From: Chrysomallon squamiferum
Taxonomy: Eukaryota; Animalia; Mollusca
Length of the DNA stretch: 64,000 nucleotides
Direction of reading: 5' to 3'
NCBI GenBank assembly: GCA_012295275.1
Contig: CM022673.1
Span: forward strand, 10,044,001-10,108,000
The position numbers and the translations under genes were made by a program. How positions within the stretch are numbered: the first letter of the stretch is position 1; each line of letters opens with the position of its first letter. This document shows, piece after piece, positions 41,827 to 64,000 of this stretch. A model generated the notes under the pieces. It saw only the letters and a list, made by a program, of their open reading frames with translations. It did not search any database and was not told where the DNA came from.

Positions 41827-44051
41827 TCATCAGTATATGTAATTGCAATTTTTTTCTATATAAATATAAATATGAATATAAATGTATCTGTAAATATTTT
41901 TGTTTATATATATATATATGCATAAATACATATGTATCATTAATCCATAAGTAAGTAAATGATGCATGTATATACATGAATGAAAGAAATAAATGGATTA
42001 TAACAAATAATGGTCATATAAAATCAGTTGTGTACTGTATTTTAGTTACCTGTTTATCAGATCAAGCACACTAATGAATTCTTCTAACTTAAATCCAGAT
42101 ATATCAGTTCCTAGAACAAAAATTTTCACTTTCTGTTGCACATCCTGCCATATTCTCAATCGACCATATTCTAACTTCTTCATCACGTAACGTCTGTTGA
42201 ATGTGGACTCAACCTGAGTTCCTGGTTCTCCTGTTTAATAAATAAATAAAAATAATAAATAAGTAAATAAATGTGTGTCTGTATAACATGTATATTTAAA
42301 TATACAGACCTATAGAAATCAAGAATAATATACTGTTTTTCTAAAATATTCATTTCTTCCTAAATACATTATCTGCTATTTTTACCTTTTTCAGTATATT
42401 TAAACAAGTACCAGACTTTGCTAACAATAAAAAAATATAATTAAAAAATTGTCTGGAAGATACAAAACAAGACAGAAAATAATAATAAAGTATGTAAATA
42501 AAAATGTGACACTGTCATTTTACAACAGTAATGAAATCAGTGACGTGAACACTTCCATTTTCCACATTTAGTTATCAAAAGCATTTTTGTTAACATAGGG
42601 AATGTAAATAAAAATGATTATCATACAAACCAGATTCAGACACTACATCTTGATCATGTGTTTCATGCCACTGCATCGTCTGGTAGTAACTTTTCATTAC
42701 TCCCCACAATGCCTTGCACAGATCTATCAAACATGGCGTGAAGCTTTCTATAGTAATATGCTGAAGAAAAAAAAAATAAATAAATAAAATAAAACTATTT
42801 ACACATATGTACATGTGCATATGTGTTAAAGTATGTCTGTTGTGCATGTGTGTGTGTGTGTGTGTGTGTGAGAGAAAGAGACAATGAGAGAGAGGAGACT
42901 TTGTGCTGGGATACACAGAGAAATGAAATAACAAATTATGAATATAGAAATATATGCTGGCAATATACACCACTGTCAAATACAATTTCAGCATCTACTA
43001 TGTCAAAGACTTTGCTGTATCGTTTACAACAGGCTAATTCCAAGTACTTTTCCTTTTGAAGAAAAATGAATGACAATTTTATTACCTTACACAAGTCTGC
43101 ATACTGCCTCTTCTGAAAGTTGGTTCTGCCAGTGCCAGAGTAAAGTTCCACATAGCCTAGAACAATTGTGTTTGCAGTGTTGTGTATAGCACTGGCAAAA
43201 TGCATGTGAAGCTGATCCATAGCTGTCTGAAAAGAAAAATAATAACAAATACATATCAGATTATGTGTCTTGGTGTGAAGATGTGTGTTTATGTACATAG
43301 AAATATAGATATACAGATGGTTTGACATACTGCTGATATCTAGTTACATTTAATATTTATCAAGATATATAGTAAAGACTTGTTCAATACTGTTTGAAAA
43401 AATAAATGCAGTTTTCATTTCAGTACTTTGATAAGTAAAGGAAAATATCTATAAAAAAAACCTCACTAAACTTTTATTCTTAATTTCAAACTATTCAAAA
43501 TTAATTTTAATAGTTAAGAAAATAACAAAAAATGGAATCAGTATTTTAAATACTTTAATATACTTTTTAAGTATTTTTATTATTATCATTGCTTTCTTTC
43601 TTATTATTATCATTAATAGTATTATCATTTTATTTCAGATTTTTTAGTGTTATTTATTACCTGTGTTTTACCAAGCAGTCTGTATGCAGTTTGAACTTTC
43701 TCATAATGAGGTACATCAAAACCAGTGCATGTCTTAGACAGAGCAACATCAAGTTGTTCTTCAATCATTTCCAAAGTGTCTTGAAGTTTCGAACTTAACT
43801 CACTTTAAAATAAATATATTTTTAAATGAAAAATTAAAAATGGAAGTATTTTCCATTTCATAAAATAAAAGCAAAAGAATTGTGACAGGTAAATTTAATT
43901 GGGATTTTCAAAAATGTATGCCAGAAGTTGTTTTAACATACACAAATTTCAATGGGACACAATTAATAAAAATATAAAGAAATCATAGCAGTATCATAGC
44001 ATTTCTTGATAAAACAAAGTAAATGAATTATTCTACAGTAAATAATGAAAT

Positions 44052-44089
<38 letters not shown>

Positions 44090-44434
44090 AAAAAATTGTA
44101 TTTTATGACTTTGTTTTTTTATCAGAGCTTTTCTGCAATGCACAGTTTTGAAAATTTAGTCTGGATATGGTATTAATACAAACTGAAAGAAAAAACTGAG
44201 TAACATTTCTGCTTGTTCTGTTTTAGTGGATAGTAAATATTTGAAAACAAAACATACCTAATACATTTGTAATGTCTAAATGTGCTGGCTGCTTTCTGAC
44301 ATTCTAGACACAACTGTATGGCTCCACAGTAATCTTCTTCCTGCAAATTTAAAATATAATAAAACTGTAATAAAATAACACAAATGTAAATAATTAATCA
44401 ACCAAATTAATAATAACAACAATAATAATAAAAA

Positions 44435-44468
<34 letters not shown>

Positions 44469-46568
44469 TAAATAATAATAATAATAGTTTTATAACTAAA
44501 TATATTTTTTTTTTTTTTTACAATTTTGAAAATAAATTCTGAAAATTAAATATGAAATTTGATTTCAATAAAGGTAAAAAAATTGTGAAAAATATTTGTT
44601 AAAAAACCAAAAAAACCTTTAAATTAGACACAAATGTTTATGTTTTGTTCTTGGGGTTTTTTTTTTTTTTTTACTTTTATATATGTTCTTTTATTAACTT
44701 AAAAGTTTAAATTCTAACTAAACTTAAAATTAATTAAACTTTTTTTTACCTCCAACATTTCTCTCAATCTTAGATCTGTTCTTTGCTGTAAAACAATGTA
44801 ACAAATGAAACTATCTAATTTTATGACAGCAAAAAAACCAAAATAACAATTGAAAGATTTATTTAAAAAAACAAAAAAAAATAATTTGTATGTTCAAATA
44901 TTAAGTCAGCAAATATTGATAACATGTAAGTATTATACAAAGATATAGTTATAATAATTAAAACAGGTTAATAAAAGTATTATATTTACAAGAAGAAGAA
45001 ATAAGAAGATGAAGTCAGTCAACTGGACATATGCTCTGAAAACAAACATCATCTGTAACAAGGCAACATTCGAAAAGGAAGTTGAAAAAGAGGGCATCTA
45101 TAGAATAGTGGGTAAAGATATCTCCAAGCAGACATTAACAAAAAGGTTATACTTTGAGGCAGGTTGAAATAATAGCACAGGGAAGACAACTCTGGAGAGT
45201 TACTGTCAACAGCCTGTGTCCCAGGAGTGACTTATGTAATTATGTTTACAAGAATTTTTATCTTAACCTGTAACAACAGCAGATCAAGAAGGTTTGTTTT
45301 TTAGTTTTTTCATTTTCTTTACATAGTTAGCAAATTAATATGACAAATAAAAGGTATAGTAATGAATAATTTTTAATGTTTACCAATGTTTTGATGGTTT
45401 GAAGTGACTTGAGCAGACCTACAAGTTGTTGTCTTTTCCTGTAGTTGGCTAGAAGTCCTAGACTTGCAGTGGTGAAGATTTCTCTTGCCCATGACAGTTG
45501 TCTGTTAAAAAACACATTACATGTTACAAAACATTATACGTTATTTGAAAACCATGTTAACATAAGCATGTAGTATAAACACTTAACAAGTGAGAAAAGA
45601 AAAAACATTATTATTGTGCTCAGCAAAAATCAGCTTTATTCACTTTTAGTTTTAATTGCAAAAAATAAACATTATTATATTTGTATAAGATATACATACA
45701 TTTTAACAAGCATTCTAACATAACCATATAGGCATCAATTGAAAAAAAACATTCTCTCTCCAAAACATTCATTTATTCATTCACACAATCACATATTCGT
45801 GTCATTATTTATACAATTATGACACATAAAACAAAGAGTTTACTTTCTCCCTTTTCTACAAATGACACCAGCTAGTTGTAGTTTTTTCTGCAGTTCCATA
45901 ACCTCTTGAAGTTCAGCAGCATAAGCTGGGTGGTTCTGCAATATCAACTCTGAGATCTTCTTAGAAACCTAACAGAAAAGTGAACAGTCATTAAAAAATG
46001 TTTCCTTATCTCAGGCACAATTCTTTTGTATGTAATAAAATTCAAATAAGTCATTATTTTCTAAACTTAAAGTGAGCATCTAAAATTTTTATAATATGAA
46101 ATAATCCAAATAATATATTATTAATAATAACGACAATAATAATTACAAAAATAATATATATATTTATGTATTGTGTATGTGTGTGTGTATATTATATATA
46201 TTATTATACATATATTATATATATTATTATATAGATAGACAGACACACATACACACATATATATTACACTGACATATTTCTTTGGTTTAAAATGGAAAAG
46301 AAAACCATATAAGACTATCTCACAATCAAAGTAATTTCAAATAAATTTCATACTGTCTTCCATTAAAAAAGGGCAAAAGTATTCTGTGTATATTCATATA
46401 ATGATACATTATTAGAAATAATAAAATAAAAAAAAGCCTTACTGCCTCCAGCTGCTTCCGAAGGCGAATTCTGTCTTTGTTTATCTGTTCACGTTCATAA
46501 GAGTCCTTTAATTTCTGAAACAGAACAAAAACAATATGTAACAGGTATATTTATCATTTTTACTTTTA

Positions 46569-46600
<32 letters not shown>

Positions 46601-47897
46601 ATATCAACACCTCCAAAAACATAAGAAACACTCAAACATGATGGTATTAACATGGACACAAATTAAGTTCAAGCCTCAACACATAGATACATGTAGAAAT
46701 TAGTACATAAATTAAAAAAATAATAATAACAACCAAAAAAAAATCCAATAGAGCAGATACAAAACAATTAATTAATTATTTATTTTATTATTTCATTTCA
46801 AAATTGTTACCTCAAGTTCAAACTGACTAGTATCAAATGTTTCATCCTTGTAATATTCTTCTTCAATCCCATCTATAGTTTCCTGATCTTCAAGTGGATT
46901 TGATGGCTGGTAACACTTAAAAAAGAAAAATTAATTAAATTTGGAATTTCTTCATACCATCTTGAACATTCCTTTATAAATATAACTTAGACTTTATGTA
47001 GTAATTATTAAATATTTAATCAACAGCATTTTATATGTAATATATATATATTCTGCATGAGCTACAAAAACATTGCATGTGATTCTAAAATAAGTTTTAA
47101 ATTCTTTTTATATTCAGCTTCAGATTATATTTTACTGAAACATTATTTTGTATCATTTATATTTATGGTAAAAATCATTTTATGCAATATATTTTATTAT
47201 TTTATTATTTCTGTCACAAGTCATTATCATAACCATTTCATACTGAAATAGGTATCGACATTTGATATATCCATAATGATTTAACAATCTGATTTCATTT
47301 TATTTACAGGAGAATACAGGAAATTATTCAATCTCTATGCTTCTTCTGTTTTATCATAATCATTGTTTTAAAATATTACGTCATAATATAAAGGTACACC
47401 ACACCTCACATACCTTGAACTTTGCAACCGCTGGTTCCTTTTTAAATTCCTCTGAACTGTAGTCAGTTGTTGGGGATGTTATACTGTCCTGCAGACATAA
47501 TTTTATAAATACATACATTGATAAAATATATTTCTTAATTATTATTATCTTCTTATTAATTATGGTTTACATAAATTACAATATTTGAGTAATAAAACTA
47601 ATAATTATTTTTTATTATTATTTAATGCCTTTCGGATTATTAACTTTTTTTAAAAATTATTAAGCAATTAATATATTATTTAGGAATAATGTTTACGATA
47701 GATAAATAGTTTTAATCAGACGTCTAAGGTTTAGAGCTAGTAAAGGCTAGACTAAGGGGTAAGGTGACAGATCAATCGTTAATCAAACTATTAATTATGA
47801 GGTCATATTTTTATAAACAGCAACCGAAATATATTATTTTTTCTGTATCATTTACCTGTTTGCTAATAAGAGATTTTAACTTTAATTTTAAATCCAT
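34288..47897 (-). CDS. VPS50: Syndetin / VPS50 (CCDC132), EARP tethering complex subunit, 26 coding exons, about 950 aa
   Basis: Exons: 47897-47856, 47488-47414, 46915-46811, 46514-46443, 45968-45844, 45501-45384, 44785-44750, 44340-44258, 43802-43661, 43226-43086, 42760-42631, 42230-42050, 41601-41503, 40985-40895, 40480-40283, 39582-39476, 38911-38826, 38198-38107, 37853-37827, 37620-37498, 37162-37065, 36728-36632, 35945-35787, 35485-35364, 34937-34839, 34492-34288. The total is 2853 nt in frame. Peptides [65 protein letters not shown] and [17 protein letters not shown] match human VPS50 as recalled. Confidence 0.96.
34938..35363 (-). other. GC-AG intron (VPS50 intron 24)
   Basis: The exon ends ...TTT GTA GAT GG|gcaagtg and the next begins cag|A TAC TCA AAT, giving the conserved FVDGYSNAKK. 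There is no GT at the required position. Confidence 0.85.
45000..45230 (+). mobile_element. Degraded 3' fragment of an RTE-clade non-LTR retrotransposon (LINE) in VPS50 intron 6
   Basis: Broken frames read [14 protein letters not shown]...GS*KRGHL...[10 protein letters not shown], resembling the RTE ORF C-terminus (W.GH.LRK...TRQAL.W...GKRKRGRP...WR..V..LC). The composition is more GC-rich than the flanks. Confidence 0.55.
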
Positions 47898-48196
47898 TTT
47901 AACATTTAATATTTTTATTTTGTAAACATTTTCCAGTTTAAGTGAATGTTGTCAGAGACATCGCCACCATTTTAGAATAAATGCAAGGGAGATTACTTTC
48001 GGTATTCGCCGTCTTTTCTCTTTTGACGACACAAAACGATAGAAATCGAGTTAGAATCGTGATGTCTCGTACGCGATACGAAAATAGCCGAAAGGCAGTA
48101 CCCGTTGACTGATTCGCGGCCCTTTACTTCCTTCATGGTTAACGCGCGTAATACGATGGAACTCGGTTGAAGTCAATAATATTGTATAAATTCGTC
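47898..48196. promoter_or_regulatory. Bidirectional promoter shared by VPS50 and CHD1L
   Basis: Only 299 bp separate the divergent ATGs. This is the densest CpG cluster in the window (cgtacgcgatacg, ttcgcggc, aacgcgcgta), with a YY1-like aaaatggtggcg on the - strand at 47962-47973. Confidence 0.85.
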
Positions 48197-61504
<13,308 letters not shown>

Positions 61505-62419
61505 ATGTATTCAAATATGCCTTTCCTTTCCAACCTTGTGATAATAAAAGACCCACGGTCACATAAATAATGATATTTACATACATGAATGAGTGTGTGA
61601 TGGAGACACAGGCAGAATCAATGAAGAATGGATATCTGTTTTACTATACCTCAGCATATTTTTATATTAGTGGTTATTACATGTTTCTGTGACATATTAA
61701 AGAAGAAACCTGATGTCTGTCATTCCTTGGACAACTGTTTTAATTTTGGTTGTGTATTTTCATAAGCAAGAAAACACTTATCATTCTTTTTTATAAGCTG
61801 TGAGACTAGGAATAGCCTATGAATGCATTTCATAGAAGTAATAATACATCTGATATGCATCTTTATAATATTTTCAGATATATTATTGACAGCCTTTGTC
61901 ATTGTTATTGTTTTCACTTTTTATATATGAGCTGTATTTTATACAGTGGCTTATTTTCTTTCTTTTTTTCTTTTTTTTAGACAGCAAATAAGAAATAAAC
62001 AAAATTATGACTTCTGTTATATTGATTTTTCATACAAATCTTTTCAAAAATGACAAAATATTTGGTTAAAATTCTTAGTAACTAGCATTTTACACTCTTC
62101 AAAACACTGGACAACTGAACAGTAGGTGTTCCCCATCAATAGGCTTATTGAACTGTAACTTGACGGTATTCAGGATATTTATTATAAAATTATGTTTAAT
62201 ATTTTTTGACAGAAATACCACACCTCAAGGGAGATAAGAAATGTAATGCTATTTTATTGCCAATATTAATCTTTCTTTAGTTTTTTTTTATATTTTTATA
62301 TTTTTATATTTTTCTAGATATTTAATCAAAAAATAAAAAAATGTTTTTTAAAAAAAACATCAAAATTATTGTAATTTTAATCTATCAGTTTCATTCTAAA
62401 ACATGACTAAGAATGTTTA

Positions 62420-62450
<31 letters not shown>

Positions 62451-63565
62451 ACTTCCAGTAGTTTACTAGATTAACACTGAAGTAAATTTATTTAAAGTCA
62501 AATTTTATAGTAATTTGTTACTGATAATTTCATTAGTAATTGCAAAATATGATATCGTATTTTAGTTTTTTCAGTTTAAATTTACACATTTTAGTATTTC
62601 ATTTAAGACACATTTTATTGTTAATGTCACTAAATAGAATAAAATTTAAAAAAAAAAAGGATTAGTTAAATAGTTTGTTTTTATTTCTGTCAACAATAGA
62701 CATATTTTGAATGAAATTACATGTACACTAACCAGATGAGAGACACATTTAGAATGACTTCTAGGTTTAATGACTTATTAAAAAGGCATTTTACATACAT
62801 CCATGTGTGCATCTTCATACAAACAGACACACACACACACACACACACACTCACACATATACATACATGGATTATTTAAAACCTCATCCTGCAAAGGTTA
62901 GAGTGCTCATTTCAGCAAGGGTTTGCCATTCAGCTTGAGCAGGATAAAGCTGATATCTCAAGAAAGTATGAAAACTCACCTGTTTTGTTGTCACTATGTC
63001 AAAACAAAATAGTTCTTAACAATTTATTTGTTATTTTTTAAATGAAAACTGTTTTCCAAAATGATATCTAAATCATCAATTAATGACTAAAGAATTAAAT
63101 TTAGACTTCATATACACACACACATATTATTTAAGTAAAAATAGTTCCTTTACAAATAGCTATACATACTGAAAATACAAAAATTAACCATCATAATTTG
63201 TCACTATTTATACTGACTGCACAATAAAATTACATACATATATATTAGAATAAACCAAAAATTGATCTCTCTATACAGATGGGCAATATAAATGAATTAA
63301 AATGATTCAATCTTTGTAAGATATCAAAACCATATTTGATCTACTGCTAACCTCACATTTTTGTTTGTTTTTCTTTCTTTCTTACTCTTTTTTATTTTAT
63401 TATTATTTTTTAGATATTTCTTTTATTTTTATTTATTTATTTTTTTTTTTTTTTTTTTACGGTTAGTTCAGATATGAATAACACATAAAGAAGTTAATTG
63501 CGGTTTGTTTTAATTAATTAAATAGATAAGATAAGTGATGAAATGTGCGTGTATGGCAAAAAAAA

Positions 63566-63599
<34 letters not shown>

Positions 63600-63600
<1 letters not shown>

Positions 63601-63680
63601 ATACGCGCAGCACATGCATATATTAATATTTGTAGTGTCACGTGACTCGATAGCAGACGAAAACATCTGCGTTAACATAA
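63600..63680. promoter_or_regulatory. Probable promoter of the next gene, containing the palindromic E-box GTCACGTGAC
   Basis: Local CpG cluster (acgcgc, cacgtg, tcga, gacg, tgcg) with an exact GTCACGTGAC at 63637-63646. Confidence 0.5.
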
Positions 63681-64000
63681 AAGTTCATATATTATTTCTT
63701 TTTCATTAGTTTACTTTACAGTGTGCCTTTTAAGAAGTAATATAATCATAAATATATAATGCATAATAGTATTAGTATGATTAAAACGATGCAGTTAATA
63801 ATCTTTTAATTAATTAAACGTACTTTTACTCTGAGTTGTCGCCCTTAGGCTTAAGTTTACTTGATGCCGAAATTGGATTTAGCCGATTAGTTATAAGTAT
63901 AATTGAACATGCAGAATACCAGTTTAATTTAGACATTTAAATAAATTATAGTCCGAATATAAGGAGTATTTCAAAATTTCTTTTTAAAAAAAAAAATTCT

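Overview
Very AT-rich, intron-dense animal genomic DNA full of microsatellites, possibly a mollusc or other lophotrochozoan (the taxon is an impression only). I reconstructed the genes by hand from splice sites and recalled human orthologues, and all exon sums close in frame. (1) Terminal transmembrane-coding exon of an unidentified + strand gene at 20-153. (2) A 28-exon PP6 ankyrin-repeat regulatory subunit gene (ANKRD28/44/52 family, - strand, 9809-30017, about 1034 aa), with a candidate alternative last coding exon. (3) A 26-exon VPS50/syndetin gene (- strand, 34288-47897, about 950 aa). (4) Head-to-head with VPS50, a 25-exon CHD1L/ALC1 remodeller (+ strand, 48197-61504, about 1018 aa). The most notable signals are these: CHD1L carries a C-terminal LIG3/XRCC1-type BRCT-like domain absent from human ALC1, reached through two U12-type introns (one GT-AG, one AT-AC). 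One CHD1L intron needs a non-canonical AT donor. The ANKRD gene has a YCAY-flanked alternative 3' end. VPS50 has a duplicated exon-end/donor and a GC-AG intron. A head-to-head pair of Tigger-like MITEs lies downstream of the ANKRD stop. Most ORFs in the supplied track are microsatellite artefacts.
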